This document shows positions 38,298 through 54,681 of a stretch of DNA of 64,000 bases, piece after piece. The notes beneath the pieces are model-generated. The model did not search any database, was not told the origin of the DNA, and saw only the letters and a list, made by a program, of their open reading frames with translations. The stretch's first letter is position 1, and every line of letters begins with the position of its first letter. Both the position numbers and the translations under genes were made by a program. The stretch comes from Desulfomicrobium sp. (GTDB lineage Bacteria > Desulfobacterota > Desulfovibrionia > Desulfovibrionales > Desulfomicrobiaceae): positions 1,568,001 to 1,632,000 of the forward strand of contig JAXGMI010000001.1 of the NCBI GenBank assembly GCA_040768745.1, in the 5' to 3' direction.

Positions 38298-39137
38298 ATG
38301 CAGACTCGCAGAGGACTTTTGCAATATTGGGAGAACCAATTCAGGCTGAACCGTGTTGATTCTCCCAGGTTGTCAGCACAAATCCTACTGTCCCATGTGT
38401 TGGGTGTATCCCGTCTCGACATGCTCCTTGACCTTCAAAAGCCAGTTTCAACCTCCTCTGCGCAGGAATTTTTGGCGCTGGCTGACCGACGTGCGCAGGG
38501 CGAACCCGTGGCATATCTTGTCGGTGAAAAGGAGTTCTACGGATTGTCCTTTCGAGTTACTCCCAGTGTGCTGATTCCTCGCCCTGAAACAGAAATCTTA
38601 GTCGATTATGTTCTGGGGCGGACGGCTGCCATTCCGAAATACATAGCAGACATCGGTACTGGAAGCGGAGCATTGGCAGTGACATGCGCCTGTCAACTCC
38701 CGGGTTCCTATTTTGTCGCGACAGATATTTCACGGTCAGCTTTACGACTGGCCCATGTGAATGCACAGAAACATGGCGTGGCAGATAGAATCATTTTTCT
38801 TGAATCGAATCTTGTAGATGCAGTTCAGTGTCAGGAAGTGGATATTTTTTTGGCCAATCTTCCTTATGTCCCAGCATCCAGGCGCACGGAAATGAATCGG
38901 GAGGTCATTGACTATGAACCCCACGGAGCCATTTTTGCGGGGGAGGATGGCCTTGATACATACAGGGAGCTGATCATGAAGCTTGCTGGCCGGGTCAAAC
39001 GGGGGGCACTGCTTCTCTGTGAAATTGATTTCAGCCAGGGCCTGGCAGTACGCGATCTTTTTGCAGGCATATCTCTGGAAGTACAGGTGATTAAAGATCA
39101 AGCCCTTCACGATCGTGTAGCTGTTGTTGTTTTTTAG
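38298..39137 (+). CDS. prmC: Release factor glutamine methyltransferase
   Basis: LIPRPETE, DIGTGSG, NLPY. Confidence 0.93.
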   Translation: MQTRRGLLQYWENQFRLNRVDSPRLSAQILLSHVLGVSRLDMLLDLQKPVSTSSAQEFLALADRRAQGEPVAYLVGEKEFYGLSFRVTPSVLIPRPETEILVDYVLGRTAAIPKYIADIGTGSGALAVTCACQLPGSYFVATDISRSALRLAHVNAQKHGVADRIIFLESNLVDAVQCQEVDIFLANLPYVPASRRTEMNREVIDYEPHGAIFAGEDGLDTYRELIMKLAGRVKRGALLLCEIDFSQGLAVRDLFAGISLEVQVIKDQALHDRVAVVVF

Positions 39138-39260
39138 CAAAATACTGTGGTCTGCAGCAGACAATGCTGAAGCGCAAAAAAAATCGTTAATAATTTTTTC
39201 AATGATTAAAGGAAAATGTGATTTAATTCGGATTGGCCCGGAAATTGAAAAACACATGGC

Positions 39261-40184
39261 ATGAAACAGACCACACTCAAAAATGAAGTCCGATGTTCTG
39301 GAGTCGGGTTGCATAGCGGAAAGAAGGTTGACTTAGTGCTCAAGCCAGCGCCTGCAGATACGGGTATTTTGTTTTCCCTGCGCGCGCATGGCAAAAGGCA
39401 CATTGTTGTTCCGGAACCAGGTCGTGTCGTCAGTACCGGGCTGGCAACCACATTGGGTCAAGGCTCGGCGATGGTCTCGACGGTGGAGCACCTGATGGCC
39501 AGCCTGGTTGGCCTGGAAATTGACAACGTACTGGTTGAAGTGGATGGGGAGGAGATTCCAATCCTGGACGGCAGTGCTTCAGTGTTTGTGTTTCTTCTTA
39601 ATTCCGCAGGGGTCAGGAAGTTGGACAGACCGCGTAGGGTTGCCAAGATTGCGCGGCCTTTGACCTTCGAGCAGGACGGGAAGCAAATCATTGCAGTGCC
39701 TTACAATGGTCTTAAAATTGACTATTCCATTTCGTTTGCGCATCCGCACATCGGGGCCCAGCAGTATAGCTTTGAATCCAGCCCAAGGTCTTTTACAGAC
39801 CAAATTGCTCGGGCAAGGACATTCGGTTTTTTGAAGGATGTCGAGTGGCTGCAAAAAAATGGGTTGGCGCTTGGCGGGACCCTGGAGAACGCAATTGTTT
39901 TTGATGATTATGGGGTGATGAACCCTGAAGGGCTGCGCTTCAGCGATGAGTTGGTCCGGCATAAAATTTTGGATTTTATGGGAGATATCGCCGTGGGGAG
40001 TCATCGGCTGTGGGGACATTTCAAGGTTTCCTATTCTGGCCATGACTTTAACAACAGATTTATGCGGTATGTGTTTGACAATGCGGCCGACTGCCTTGAT
40101 TTTATAGAATTTGGCAGCAGGGCAGCGCAGTTGGGCCATTCTGTTCCTGCGGGCATTGGGCGAGGGGTGCCTGCCTGGGCATGA
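39261..40184 (+). CDS. lpxC: UDP-3-O-acyl-GlcNAc deacetylase
   Basis: GVGLHSG, TVEH, ARTFGF, HKILD. Confidence 0.95.
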   Translation: MKQTTLKNEVRCSGVGLHSGKKVDLVLKPAPADTGILFSLRAHGKRHIVVPEPGRVVSTGLATTLGQGSAMVSTVEHLMASLVGLEIDNVLVEVDGEEIPILDGSASVFVFLLNSAGVRKLDRPRRVAKIARPLTFEQDGKQIIAVPYNGLKIDYSISFAHPHIGAQQYSFESSPRSFTDQIARARTFGFLKDVEWLQKNGLALGGTLENAIVFDDYGVMNPEGLRFSDELVRHKILDFMGDIAVGSHRLWGHFKVSYSGHDFNNRFMRYVFDNAADCLDFIEFGSRAAQLGHSVPAGIGRGVPAWA

Positions 40185-40287
40185 CGCGTGAATAAATGTC
40201 TCATCAAGGCGCGCGAGCGCCTTTTTTGTTTTGTAAAAAAATGCTTGCCAATAAAGCTGAATGACCATAAAGACCACGTTCTCACGG

Positions 40288-40363
40288 GCTGGCGTAGCTC
40301 AATTGGCAGAGCAGCTGACTTGTAATCAGCAGGTTGCGGGTTCAAGTCCCATCGCCAGCTCCA
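40288..40363 (+). tRNA. tRNA-Thr(TGT)
   Basis: Cloverleaf, CTTGTAA loop, CCA. Confidence 0.96.
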
Positions 40364-40373
40364 GTATTGATGT

Positions 40374-40459
40374 GGAGGGGTTCCCGAGTGGCCAAAGGGA
40401 ACAGACTGTAAATCTGTCGGCAGACGCCTTCGGAGGTTCGAATCCTCCCCCCTCCACCA
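40374..40459 (+). tRNA. tRNA-Tyr(GTA)
   Basis: CTGTAAA loop, long variable arm. Confidence 0.96.
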
Positions 40460-40509
40460 CAAAACAGTAGGAGACAGATAAAGCTGTCGCTCGACTACTG
40501 AGATGAAAT

Positions 40510-40585
40510 GCGGGAGTAGCTCAACGGCTAGAGCATCAGCCTTCCAAGCTGAGGGTTGCGGGTTCGAGTCCCGTTTCCCGCTCCA
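40510..40585 (+). tRNA. tRNA-Gly(TCC)
   Basis: CTTCCAA loop, CCA. Confidence 0.96.
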
Positions 40586-40692
40586 TTACCCCATCTCTCT
40601 CGTCTGGCGTGAAAATCCGCTGCTGCTTGTCTCTTCCTTTGCAATAAATTCATTCCATAATAATCAAGCATTAGTTTATCAGGGGGTGTTGT

Positions 40693-41886
40693 ATGGCCAA
40701 GCAGAAGTTTGAGAGAAAGAAGCCGCACGTCAATATTGGCACGATTGGTCATATTGACCATGGCAAGACGACGTTGACCGCAGCGATCACGAAGATTGCG
40801 AGCTTGAAGGGTGGGGGCACCTTTGTCGGCTACGATCAGATCGACAAGGCCCCGGAAGAGAAGGAGCGCGGCATCACCATTGCGACGGCGCATGTTGAAT
40901 ACGAGACCGCCAAGCGTCACTATGCGCATGTGGATTGTCCCGGTCACGCGGACTACATCAAGAACATGATCACGGGTGCAGCCCAGATGGACGGCGCGAT
41001 CATCGTCGTGGCTGCCACGGACGGACCCATGCCTCAGACCCGCGAGCATATTTTGCTCGCCCGTCAGGTAGGCGTGCCGTACCTGGTGGTGTTTCTGAAC
41101 AAGGTTGACCTGGTCGACGACGAAGAGTTGATCGAGCTGGTGGAGATGGAAGTGCGGGAGCTGCTGTCCAAGTATGAATTTCCGGGTGACGACGTTCCGG
41201 TCATCCGAGGTTCGGCTTTGCTGGCTCTGGAGAGCGAGAGCGCCGACGCTGAAGGCGCCAAGTGCATCCTCGAGCTGCTGGACGCCTGCGACAATTATAT
41301 TCCGGAGCCTGTCCGGGAGACGGACAAGCCCTTCCTGATGCCCATTGAGGACGTATTCTCTATCTCCGGTCGTGGCACTGTCGTGACCGGCAGGGTGGAG
41401 CGCGGTATCGTTAAGGTTGGGGAGGAAGTGGAAATCGTCGGGATCAATGAGACCCGGAAGACGACCTGCACAGGTGTTGAGATGTTCCGGAAGCTGCTGG
41501 ACGAAGGTCAGGCCGGCGACAACATCGGGGCGTTGCTTCGCGGTGTTAAGCGTGACGAAGTGGAGCGTGGTCAGGTATTGGCCAAGCCTGGTTCCATCAC
41601 CCCGCACACCAAATTTTCAGCTGAAGTGTATGTACTGAGCAAGGAAGAGGGCGGTCGCCATACTCCGTTTTTCTCTGGGTATCGTCCGCAGTTTTACTTC
41701 CGGACGACGGACATCACGGGCGTGGTGACCCTGAGCGAAGGGGTTGAAATGATCATGCCTGGGGACAACACGACGTTCCATGTGCATCTGATCGCACCAA
41801 TCGCCATGGAAAAGGGTCTTCGCTTCGCCATCCGTGAAGGTGGCCGGACCGTTGGCGCTGGTGTTGTTTCTGAAATCGTGGAGTAA
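40693..41886 (+). CDS. tuf: Elongation factor Tu (copy 1)
   Basis: [18 protein letters not shown]. Confidence 0.99.
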   Translation: MAKQKFERKKPHVNIGTIGHIDHGKTTLTAAITKIASLKGGGTFVGYDQIDKAPEEKERGITIATAHVEYETAKRHYAHVDCPGHADYIKNMITGAAQMDGAIIVVAATDGPMPQTREHILLARQVGVPYLVVFLNKVDLVDDEELIELVEMEVRELLSKYEFPGDDVPVIRGSALLALESESADAEGAKCILELLDACDNYIPEPVRETDKPFLMPIEDVFSISGRGTVVTGRVERGIVKVGEEVEIVGINETRKTTCTGVEMFRKLLDEGQAGDNIGALLRGVKRDEVERGQVLAKPGSITPHTKFSAEVYVLSKEEGGRHTPFFSGYRPQFYFRTTDITGVVTLSEGVEMIMPGDNTTFHVHLIAPIAMEKGLRFAIREGGRTVGAGVVSEIVE

Positions 41887-41889
41887 AGA

Positions 41890-42039
41890 ATGCGCATCAA
41901 TATTCTTCTTGCCTGTGGTGAATGCAAGCGTAGGAACTACGCAAGTCAAAAAAACAAAAAGAACACAACTGCAAAGCTTGAATTGAGCAAGTTTTGTCCT
42001 TTTTGCGGCAAGCACACGAAGCATCGCGAATCCAAATAG
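41890..42039 (+). CDS. rpmG: 50S ribosomal protein L33
   Basis: [17 protein letters not shown]…[15 protein letters not shown]. Confidence 0.95.
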   Translation: MRINILLACGECKRRNYASQKNKKNTTAKLELSKFCPFCGKHTKHRESK

Positions 42040-42090
42040 TAATCGTGGACACCAGAGTGCGTGGTGTCCACAGTATAAATTCCCTCATGC

Positions 42091-42166
42091 AGGCCAGTAG
42101 CTCTAACGGTAGAGCATCGGACTCCAAATCCGAGGGCTGGGGGTTCGAATCCCTCCTGGCCTGCCA
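42091..42166 (+). tRNA. tRNA-Trp(CCA)
   Basis: CTCCAAA loop, between rpmG and secE. Confidence 0.96.
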
Positions 42167-42189
42167 TTAATTTACCAGCGATAGGCAAA

Positions 42190-42423
42190 ATGAAAAAAAG
42201 CCCTGAAGTTGCTTTGGAAAAAGAAGGAATTGCGCAGAAAATCAAAGAATTGCGTGTTTTCTTCGAGCAATCCAAGATGGAACTGAAAAAGGTTGTGTGG
42301 CCTGACAAGCAGGAGACCATCAGCACCAGTTCAGCGGTTCTGTTGTTGGTTGTGGTCTTGGCACTTTTTCTTGGCATCGTGGATTTGTGCTTGGCTAAAC
42401 TCATTGCTGCCATTTTGTCCTAG
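42190..42423 (+). CDS. secE: Preprotein translocase SecE
   Basis: ELKKVVWP plus TM. Confidence 0.95.
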   Translation: MKKSPEVALEKEGIAQKIKELRVFFEQSKMELKKVVWPDKQETISTSSAVLLLVVVLALFLGIVDLCLAKLIAAILS

Positions 42424-42434
42424 GTGAGTCGACC

Positions 42435-42977
42435 ATGAGTGATGATCCAAAGGCGCGGTGGTACATAATCCACACTTATTCGGGCTTTGAGCAAAGGGTG
42501 GAGCAGACCATCAGGGAAATGATCCGTACCGGTCAGGCTAAGGGCCTTGTAGAGGATGTGATTGTTCCTACGGAAAAAGTCGTGGAGCTCATCAAGGGAC
42601 AGAAACGGACCTCAACCCGCAAGTTTTATCCTGGATATGCTATGGTCAAGATGATTTTTACGGATGAATCTTGGCACATGATACAGTCGATTCCAAAAGT
42701 CACCGGATTCATTGGTGGAAAAAGTAGACCGGTCCCTTTGACGGATAAAGAAGCACAGAGAATCCTTTCAACTATAGAGAGCCGGAAGGAACAGCCGAGG
42801 CCAAAGTTTCATTTTGAACGCGGCGATGATGTGCGTGTAATTGACGGTCCTTTTGCAAATTTCAATGCTACTGTTGAAGACGTCAACTATGACAAAGGTA
42901 AATTGCGTGTTTCCGTATCTATTTTTGGAAGACAAACGCCGGTTGAGCTGGATTTTGTTCAGGTGACCAAGGGCTAA
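42435..42977 (+). CDS. nusG: Transcription factor NusG
   Basis: WYIIHTYSGFE, KOW, IFGRQTPVEL. Confidence 0.97.
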   Translation: MSDDPKARWYIIHTYSGFEQRVEQTIREMIRTGQAKGLVEDVIVPTEKVVELIKGQKRTSTRKFYPGYAMVKMIFTDESWHMIQSIPKVTGFIGGKSRPVPLTDKEAQRILSTIESRKEQPRPKFHFERGDDVRVIDGPFANFNATVEDVNYDKGKLRVSVSIFGRQTPVELDFVQVTKG

Positions 42978-43002
42978 TAATTTTTAGAGATGAGGTGGTG
43001 TT

Positions 43003-43425
43003 ATGGCCAAAAAAATAACAGCTGTAATTAAACTGCAGCTCCCTGCTGGCGCAGCAAATCCTTCTCCGCCAGTCGGTCCTGCTTTGGGCCAACATGGTGT
43101 GAATATCATGGAATTCTGCAAAGCATATAACGCTAAAACGCAGAATGAAAAGGGAATGATCATTCCTGTTGAAATCACTGTCTTCCAGGACAGGTCCTTT
43201 ACCTTTGTAACCAAGACTCCTCCTGCTGCCGTGCTTTTGGTCAAGGCTGCAAAGCTCCAAAAGGGCTCGGGTGAGCCAAACAAGAACAAGGTTGGGAAGG
43301 TGTCCATGGCCCAGATTGAGGAAATTGCGAAGCTCAAAATGCCCGATTTGTCGGTGTATGATTTGAAAGCTGCATGCAATACCATCGTAGGGACAGCGCG
43401 CAGCATGGGAATTGAAGTGGAGTAA
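43003..43425 (+). CDS. rplK: 50S ribosomal protein L11
   Basis: [10 protein letters not shown]. Confidence 0.98.
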   Translation: MAKKITAVIKLQLPAGAANPSPPVGPALGQHGVNIMEFCKAYNAKTQNEKGMIIPVEITVFQDRSFTFVTKTPPAAVLLVKAAKLQKGSGEPNKNKVGKVSMAQIEEIAKLKMPDLSVYDLKAACNTIVGTARSMGIEVE

Positions 43426-43439
43426 GGAGAGGACGAGCA

Positions 43440-44144
43440 ATGCCCAAGCACGGAAAAAAATTTCAGAAAGCATGCGAGGCTGTTGACGGCCTCAAAATGT
43501 ATGATGTGGCAGAAGCAATGGAGCTTGTTCTCAAGAGTTCATTTGCTAAATTCGATGAGACCGTAGACATTGCAGTAAACCTTGGAGTCAATCCCAAGTA
43601 TTCTGACCAGATGGTGCGTGGTGCGGTTTCTCTTCCGCATGGTCTGGGCAAGACGGTCCGCGTTGTGGCCTTCTGCAAAGGTGAAAACGAGGAAAAGGCC
43701 AAGAATGCGGGGGCCATTGATGCCGGCGGCGATGAATTGGTCGAGAAGATCAAGGCCGGGTGGCTTGATTTCGACAAGGCGGTGGCCACGCCTGACATGA
43801 TGGGCTATGTTGGCAAGATCGGCAAGATTCTTGGCCCACGGGGGCTGATGCCCAATGCCAAGACAGGGACCGTCACCATGGAATTGGAGAATGCCATCAA
43901 GGAACTTCTGGCCGGAAAGGTCGAATTCAGGGTGGACAAGGCTGGCGTAATCCATGCGCCCATCGGGAAGGTGTCCTTTGGCACAGAAAAGCTTTTGGGC
44001 AATCTCAAGACTGTGGTCGATGCGCTCATCAAGCTGAAGCCTTCCACTGCCAAGGGTACCTATGTGAAGGCAGTCTCGTTATCCTCAACCATGGGGCCCG
44101 GCGTCAAGGTTGACACAGCGTCCCTGCGCAAGGCCGCTGAATAA
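43440..44144 (+). CDS. rplA: 50S ribosomal protein L1
   Basis: GPRGLMP, STMGPG. Confidence 0.98.
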   Translation: MPKHGKKFQKACEAVDGLKMYDVAEAMELVLKSSFAKFDETVDIAVNLGVNPKYSDQMVRGAVSLPHGLGKTVRVVAFCKGENEEKAKNAGAIDAGGDELVEKIKAGWLDFDKAVATPDMMGYVGKIGKILGPRGLMPNAKTGTVTMELENAIKELLAGKVEFRVDKAGVIHAPIGKVSFGTEKLLGNLKTVVDALIKLKPSTAKGTYVKAVSLSSTMGPGVKVDTASLRKAAE

Positions 44145-44159
44145 GTTTTTAACAAGTAG

Positions 44160-44225
44160 ATGAGTCAGAGAATGCAGGTGGATTTTCCTTAATATCCTGC
44201 TGAGACGGCTTTGGCTCATTCTGCC
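44160..44225 (+). ncRNA. L10 leader (autogenous regulatory RNA)
   Basis: GTC-AGAGAA-TGCAGG…TTAA…CCTGC-TGA-GAC kink-turn-like stem upstream of rplJ. Confidence 0.7.
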
Positions 44226-44242
44226 TAGCTAGAGAGAGGTAA

Positions 44243-44764
44243 GTGGTGAACAGGGCAGAAAAAGCAAAAATCATCGAAGGCCTGAAGGAGAAGGCGGACA
44301 AGGCAAACATTGCCATTGTCACGGACTTCCACGGGCTGAAAGTGGCAGAGCTAACTCCCTTGCGTGCAAAACTGCACGAAGCGGGGTGCGACTATCAGGT
44401 CGTCAAGAATACTCTGGCGCGGAAAGCCTTCGAGGAAGGGCCGCACAATGTGCTCAATCCACATTTGAAGTACAATTGTGCCGTGGCATTTGGCTATGAC
44501 GACCCTGTTGTCGCCGCCAAGGTGCTGGTAGAGTTTGCAAAGAAGAACGACAAGTTTTCTGTGCGTTATGCGAGTCTCGAAGGAAAGTTTCTGGAAGAGG
44601 CCTCGGTCAAGGCGCTTTCCGAACTACCTGGCCGTGAGCAGCTGCTTGCCAGCCTGCTGGGCACGATGAACGCAGTGCCGCAGAATTTTGTTTCCCTCTT
44701 TGCTAATGTGGTTCGTGGGATGGTCAACGTACTGACCGCTCTCAAGGACAAAAAAGAAGAATGA
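44243..44764 (+). CDS. rplJ: 50S ribosomal protein L10
   Basis: VVKNTLA, LPGRE. Confidence 0.97.
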   Translation: MVNRAEKAKIIEGLKEKADKANIAIVTDFHGLKVAELTPLRAKLHEAGCDYQVVKNTLARKAFEEGPHNVLNPHLKYNCAVAFGYDDPVVAAKVLVEFAKKNDKFSVRYASLEGKFLEEASVKALSELPGREQLLASLLGTMNAVPQNFVSLFANVVRGMVNVLTALKDKKEE

Positions 44765-44794
44765 GCCAAGAAGCTTAATATTTAGGAGGATAAA

Positions 44795-45178
44795 ATGGCT
44801 GATATCACCAAAGAACAGGTTGTCGAATTCATTGCTAACATGACCGTGTTGGAACTTTCCATCTTCATCAAGGAACTCGAAGAAAAGTTCGGTGTTTCCG
44901 CCGCCGCTCCAGTTGCAGCTTTCGCCGCTGCCCCGGTTGCTGCAGCTGAAGCAGTAGAAGAGGAAAAGACCGAATTCGATGTCATCCTGAAGGAAGCCGG
45001 CGCCAACAAGATTGGTGTCATCAAAGTTGTGCGCGCCTTGACCAGCCTTGGGCTGAAAGAAGCCAAGGCGAAGGTGGATGAAACTCCTTCGGTCATCCTG
45101 GAGGCCGCTGCCAAGGACGCTGCCAACGACGCCAAAAAACAGCTTGAAGAAGCCGGCGCCAAGGTTGAAATCAAGTAG
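44795..45178 (+). CDS. rplL: 50S ribosomal protein L7/L12
   Basis: [22 protein letters not shown]. Confidence 0.98.
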   Translation: MADITKEQVVEFIANMTVLELSIFIKELEEKFGVSAAAPVAAFAAAPVAAAEAVEEEKTEFDVILKEAGANKIGVIKVVRALTSLGLKEAKAKVDETPSVILEAAAKDAANDAKKQLEEAGAKVEIK

Positions 45179-45204
45179 TTTTTTGCGTTCCTTTTGACTT
45201 CACG

Positions 45205-45242
45205 TAAAGAGTGTAAGAGGAAAAAACCTCTTACACTCTTTA
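45205..45242 (+). terminator. 16-bp perfect hairpin between rplL and rpoB
   Basis: TAAAGAGTGTAAGAGG-AAAAAA-CCTCTTACACTCTTTA. Confidence 0.6.
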
Positions 45243-45370
45243 TGCCTTTCTGTGTGAGACCACATATTCAGCGTCGGTGCATGCTGCTCGATGACATCAT
45301 CATGGCAGTTCTTCCTTGGTCCCAGAACGTTATGCCTGCCTAGCAACCTCACATTTCCTGAGGGGAAACG

Positions 45371-48300
45371 ATGAACAAACTGATCAAGAAATTCGGACGA
45401 ATCAAGGATTCCATTGAAATCCCGCATCTTTTAAGCCTTCAACTCGATTCTTACGACAAATTTCTCCAGACTGATGTTCCGCCCAGCATGAGAACCGACA
45501 TTGGTCTTGAAGGCGTGTTTCGTTCTGTATTTCCGATTCATGATTTCAATAAGACTGCGACGCTGGAATATGTCAGCTACGATATCGGGAAACCGAAATA
45601 CGATGTTGATGAGTGCATTTCCAAAGGATTGACCTTTGAAGCGCCACTGCGCATCAAGGTCCGACTCGCTGTATATGATGTAGATGAAGCGTCAGGCAGC
45701 CGCACCATTCATGATATCAAAGAGCAGGATATCTATTTTGGGACAATTCCGCTCATAACTCAGAAAGGCACCTTTCTGATTAATGGGACAGAACGCGTCA
45801 TTGTTAATCAGTTACAGCGTTCTCCAGGCATTATTTTCGAACATGACTCGGGCAAGACCCACTCCAGCCGGAAGATTTTATACAGCTGCCGCATCATTCC
45901 CATGCGAGGATCCTGGTTGGATTTTGATTTCGATCATAAAGATATTCTTTACGTCCGCATCGATCGCAGGCGTAAAATGCCAGCCACAATTCTCCTCAAG
46001 GCCATGGGTATGACCAGTGAGGATATTCTCGCCTACTACTATGAAAAAGATACGTTCAAACTGGATGGCATCAAGGTTCTCAGGTGTGTAGAGGGGTACA
46101 ACTTCCGCAAGGAGGTCGCGTATATGGATATCACGGCCCCGGACGGGACCGTGGTGGTTTCCGCTGGAAAGCCTCTGACCAAGGGTATTTGGAAACGGAT
46201 GATCAGGGCTGGTGTCGGATTTTATGAAGTTCGACCCGAATCCCTGGGCACTGAATACGCTGCCAGAGAAGTCGTCGATTCTCAGACAGGTGAGGTCATT
46301 CTACGGGCCGGGGATCCCTTCGCTCCGATGGCTGTTGAGAAATGTCTGGCAGCCGGAATTACACAGCTTGATGCAATTTTTTCTTCTGGCGCCGAAGTGT
46401 CTTCTTGTATGCGTGACACCTTGGCCATGGACAAGTGCGAGGATTTGGAAAGTGCTCAGATCGACATCTACAAGAGATTACGTCCGAGCTCTCCGCCCAC
46501 ACCAGAAATTTCGGCCAGCTTTTTTGACAACCTGTTCCGCAATCCAGACTACTATGATCTGTCTCCGGTGGGACGCTACAAACTTAACTTTCGTTTGAAT
46601 CTGAGTTTGCCCATTGATCATCGGACATTGTCCAATGAAGACATCTTCCGATCCATCAGGAAACTGGTCCAGCTCAAAGACTCCCACGGTCCTGCGGACG
46701 ATATTGACCATCTGGGAAATCGTCGGGTGCGTCCAGTAGGCGAACTGGTTGAAAATCAATACCGCATCGGCCTGGTCCGCATGGAAAGAGCGATCAAGGA
46801 GCGTATGAGCCTGCAGGAAGTAGCCACCCTCATGCCGCACGACCTTGTCAATCCCAAGCCCGTAACGGCGGTGCTGAAGGAATTTTTTGGCACATCCCAG
46901 CTGTCCCAGTTCATGGACCAGACGAATCCTTTGTCTGAAGTCACCCACAAGCGCCGCTTATCCGCTCTGGGGCCAGGAGGTCTGACCCGAGAACGGGCTG
47001 GTTTTGAAGTGCGCGACGTGCACCTGAGCCACTATGGTCGTATCTGTCCCATTGAGACTCCGGAAGGCCCAAACATCGGTTTGATTGTGTCTTTGACCAC
47101 TCACGGACTTGTCAATGATTACGGTTTTATCGAGACGCCCTACCGCGTCGTCAAAAACGGGTTTGTTACTGATGAAATACAGTACATGGAAGCTTCGACC
47201 GAATCCGGCCATATCATTGCCCAGGCCAATGCCCTTTTTGGAGCGGATCGGCAGTTCATCAATACGCACGTCGAAGCCCGGGTCGAGGGAGAATTCGCCA
47301 TTGTTCCGCGCGAAGAAGTCACTTTGATGGACATTTCCCCGGGCCAGATTGTGTCCATTTCTTCCGCATTAATACCCTTCCTGGAACATGATGACGCGAA
47401 TCGGGCGCTCATGGGGTCCAATATGCAGCGTCAGTCCGTGCCTCTTTTGACCACAGAGGAACCTCTTGTAGGTACAGGCATCGAAGGCAAGGTTGCGCAG
47501 GACTCGGGCAGCTGCCTTCTGGCTGAGGGTGACGGGGAAATCATGTATGTTGACGCTGATCGGGTCATTGTCGCCTACAGCGGCGACCTGTATCCCGAGG
47601 CAGGAGGGGTGCGCTTTTACGAGTTGCAGAAATACCACAAGTCCAATCAGAATAGCTGCTTTGGGCAGAAGCCAAGGGTACAGGTCGGGAACCGGGTCAA
47701 GAAAGGGGCGGTTCTTGCCGATGGGCCGGCCATACGTGACGGCGAGCTGGCCCTTGGCAAGAACCTCCTGGTGGCATTCATGCCCTGGTGTGGCTACAAT
47801 TATGAAGACTCCATCCTGATTTCCGAGCGGGTGGTCAAAGAAGACGTATACACATCCATCCACATTGAGGAGTTCGATGTTTTTGCCCGCGATACGAAGC
47901 TGGGGCCTGAAGAGGTGACTCGCGACATACCCAATGTGGGCGAGGACATGCTGCGCAATCTGGATGAGAGTGGCATCATCCGCATCGGTGCACGGGTTAA
48001 GCCGGATGATATCCTGGTCGGCAAAATCACACCGAAAGGGGAGACGCAGCTCACCCCTGAAGAGCGCCTACTGAGGGCCATTTTCGGTGACAAGGCCCGG
48101 GATGTGAAGAACACGTCACTGAAGGTCCCACCGGGAATCGAAGGCACGGTCATTGACGTCAAGGTCTTTAACCGTCGTTCAGGGGACAAGGACGAGCGCA
48201 CACGTCAAATTGAAAACTATGAACTGGAACGAGTCGACCTGCGTGAAAAACAGCATATAGCAGGACTGACCGAAGCCACCCGGTGTAAGATCTGGGAGGT

Positions 48301-49462
48301 CTGCAAGGGCAAAAGCGTGGCCAAGTCCATAATGGGGAAGCGCAAAGGAGAGGTTTTGCTCGAAGCAAACCAACCTATCAGGGAAGAGGTTTTTGCCGAG
48401 ATCCCGCTGAAAAAACTGGCCGGTGTTTTCACTGCCAAGGAAGTCAACGAAGGGGTCAAGACGTTACTCGACCTGTACGACCTGCAGATTAAATTTATCA
48501 AGGACGTGTACGAGAATAAGCGCGGAAAGGTGACCGAAGGTGACGACCTGCCCCCTGGCGTCATCAAGATGGCCAAGGTGTATGTGGCCGTGAAGCGGAA
48601 GCTCAACGTGGGGGATAAAATGGCCGGCAGGCATGGAAACAAGGGTGTCGTCTCCAACATATTGCCAGAGGAGGACATGCCATTTTTTGCCGACGGAACA
48701 CCCATGGATGTTGTCCTCAACCCCCTTGGTGTTCCTTCACGCATGAATATCGGCCAGATCATGGAGACCCATCTGGGGTGGGCCGCCAAGGCCCTTGGAC
48801 AGCAGATCGCAGCTATGGCCGAACACGGAGTGGCCGAAGTCAGAAGGGAGATGAAGGATCTCTTCGCCGCGGAGGTAACTTCCGCCCTGATTGACTCCAT
48901 GAGTGATGAGGAAGTCATTGAGGCGGCCAAGGCCTTGAACAAGGGCATCATCATGAAGACTCCGGTTTTCGATGGAGCCGAGGAGATCGAAATCTGGGAT
49001 CTTCTAAAGCGGGCGGGGCTGCCCGAGGACGGCAAGGCCCTGCTGTATGACGGCAGGACAGGCGTTCCTTTCCACAACCGCGTAACCGTGGGATACATGT
49101 ACTATTTGAAACTCCATCACCTGGTTGACGAGAAGATCCATGCCCGCTCCACGGGTCCTTACTCGCTTGTTACCCAGCAGCCTTTGGGCGGCAAGGCGCA
49201 GTTCGGCGGACAGCGGCTGGGAGAAATGGAAGTATGGGCGCTGGAGGCATATGGGGCAGCCTATCTGTTACAGGAATTTTTGACTGTTAAATCCGACGAT
49301 GTGAACGGTCGTGTCAAAATGTACGAAAAGATTGTGAAGGGCTCCAATTTCCTTGAGAGTGGCATGCCCGAATCGTTCAACGTATTGGTCAAGGAAATGA
49401 TGGCCCTGGGGCTTGAAGTGACCCTGGTGGAAGAAGAGAAGAAGCGTCCCAAAAAGAGATAA
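45371..49462 (+). CDS. rpoB: RNA polymerase beta subunit
   Basis: [25 protein letters not shown]. Confidence 0.99.
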   Translation: MNKLIKKFGRIKDSIEIPHLLSLQLDSYDKFLQTDVPPSMRTDIGLEGVFRSVFPIHDFNKTATLEYVSYDIGKPKYDVDECISKGLTFEAPLRIKVRLAVYDVDEASGSRTIHDIKEQDIYFGTIPLITQKGTFLINGTERVIVNQLQRSPGIIFEHDSGKTHSSRKILYSCRIIPMRGSWLDFDFDHKDILYVRIDRRRKMPATILLKAMGMTSEDILAYYYEKDTFKLDGIKVLRCVEGYNFRKEVAYMDITAPDGTVVVSAGKPLTKGIWKRMIRAGVGFYEVRPESLGTEYAAREVVDSQTGEVILRAGDPFAPMAVEKCLAAGITQLDAIFSSGAEVSSCMRDTLAMDKCEDLESAQIDIYKRLRPSSPPTPEISASFFDNLFRNPDYYDLSPVGRYKLNFRLNLSLPIDHRTLSNEDIFRSIRKLVQLKDSHGPADDIDHLGNRRVRPVGELVENQYRIGLVRMERAIKERMSLQEVATLMPHDLVNPKPVTAVLKEFFGTSQLSQFMDQTNPLSEVTHKRRLSALGPGGLTRERAGFEVRDVHLSHYGRICPIETPEGPNIGLIVSLTTHGLVNDYGFIETPYRVVKNGFVTDEIQYMEASTESGHIIAQANALFGADRQFINTHVEARVEGEFAIVPREEVTLMDISPGQIVSISSALIPFLEHDDANRALMGSNMQRQSVPLLTTEEPLVGTGIEGKVAQDSGSCLLAEGDGEIMYVDADRVIVAYSGDLYPEAGGVRFYELQKYHKSNQNSCFGQKPRVQVGNRVKKGAVLADGPAIRDGELALGKNLLVAFMPWCGYNYEDSILISERVVKEDVYTSIHIEEFDVFARDTKLGPEEVTRDIPNVGEDMLRNLDESGIIRIGARVKPDDILVGKITPKGETQLTPEERLLRAIFGDKARDVKNTSLKVPPGIEGTVIDVKVFNRRSGDKDERTRQIENYELERVDLREKQHIAGLTEATRCKIWEVCKGKSVAKSIMGKRKGEVLLEANQPIREEVFAEIPLKKLAGVFTAKEVNEGVKTLLDLYDLQIKFIKDVYENKRGKVTEGDDLPPGVIKMAKVYVAVKRKLNVGDKMAGRHGNKGVVSNILPEEDMPFFADGTPMDVVLNPLGVPSRMNIGQIMETHLGWAAKALGQQIAAMAEHGVAEVRREMKDLFAAEVTSALIDSMSDEEVIEAAKALNKGIIMKTPVFDGAEEIEIWDLLKRAGLPEDGKALLYDGRTGVPFHNRVTVGYMYYLKLHHLVDEKIHARSTGPYSLVTQQPLGGKAQFGGQRLGEMEVWALEAYGAAYLLQEFLTVKSDDVNGRVKMYEKIVKGSNFLESGMPESFNVLVKEMMALGLEVTLVEEEKKRPKKR

Positions 49463-49517
49463 GGGGTGCACTCCCTGTCCGCATCATTACAACCGGCCAG
49501 AGCAAGAGGAATACACG

Positions 49518-53720
<4,203 letters not shown>

Positions 53721-53750
53721 GATGTAGCCATCCAGATGACGAGTTGACAG

Positions 53751-53779
53751 GAGCGGGGACATCCATTATGTCCCCGCTT
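53751..53779 (+). terminator. Hairpin after rpoC, overlapping a possible rpsL promoter (TTGACA at 53744)
   Basis: GAGCGGGGACAT-CCATT-ATGTCCCCGCTT. Confidence 0.5.
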
Positions 53780-53807
53780 CTCAAAATGTATATTCATGGA
53801 GTATGAG

Positions 53808-54179
53808 ATGCCCACTATTAATCAGTTGGTCCGTAAGGCACGGGTCATCCAGGTGAAAGGCAAAAAAAGAGCAGCGTTGCAGGAATGCCCGCAACGGCGT
53901 GGAGTTTGTGTGCGCGTATATACAACAACGCCCAAAAAGCCGAACTCCGCTCTTCGAAAGGTGGCCAGAGTGCGCCTCACAAACGGAATTGAAGTGACTT
54001 CCTACATCCCTGGCGAGGGGCATAATCTGCAGGAGCACTCCGTGGTCATGATCTTGGGCGGCCGCGTCAGGGACCTGCCTGGTGTCCGTTACAAGATCAT
54101 CAGAGGTACGCTGGATGCGGCCGGTGTTCAGGATCGCCGTAAGAGCCGCTCCAAGTACGGAGCTAAACGTCCTAAATAG
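53808..54179 (+). CDS. rpsL: 30S ribosomal protein S12
   Basis: [17 protein letters not shown]. Confidence 0.98.
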   Translation: MPTINQLVRKARVIQVKGKKRAALQECPQRRGVCVRVYTTTPKKPNSALRKVARVRLTNGIEVTSYIPGEGHNLQEHSVVMILGGRVRDLPGVRYKIIRGTLDAAGVQDRRKSRSKYGAKRPK

Positions 54180-54197
54180 ATACAAGGAGATTGACGT

Positions 54198-54668
54198 ATG
54201 CCTCGCAAGGGTCCCACGCCGAAGCGTGAAGTGCTGCCAGATCCGAAATACGGAAGTCGCGTAGTTGCTAAGTTTGTTAACCAGATGATGTTTGACGGCA
54301 AAAAAAGTGTTGCCGAAAAAATATTTTACGATGCAATTGAAGAGTTGGGGAAGAGGACCGACAGTGAACCACTGAAGGCTTTCGAGCAGGTTATCGAAAA
54401 AGTTAAGCCACAGATGGAAGTCAAGTCCCGCCGCGTGGGCGGAGCTACCTATCAGGTGCCCATGGAAGTGCGTCCGGCACGGCAGGAGGCGCTGGCCATC
54501 AGATGGCTTGTCAACTATGCCCGTACGCGCGGTGAAAAAGGTATGGTCCTGCGTTTGGCGGCTGAATTACTTGATGCGTTTAACGATCGCGGTGGTGCCA
54601 TCAAGAAGCGTGAGGACACCCACAGAATGGCTGAAGCCAACAAGGCTTTCGCGCATTACCGCTGGTAA
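54198..54668 (+). CDS. rpsG: 30S ribosomal protein S7
   Basis: [18 protein letters not shown]. Confidence 0.98.
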   Translation: MPRKGPTPKREVLPDPKYGSRVVAKFVNQMMFDGKKSVAEKIFYDAIEELGKRTDSEPLKAFEQVIEKVKPQMEVKSRRVGGATYQVPMEVRPARQEALAIRWLVNYARTRGEKGMVLRLAAELLDAFNDRGGAIKKREDTHRMAEANKAFAHYRW

Positions 54669-54681
54669 AGAGGTTCTTTTC

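Noticed and set aside
40528..41607. Minus-strand ORFs opposite tuf (also 56389-57681)
   Set aside because: Antisense shadows produced by tuf codon bias.
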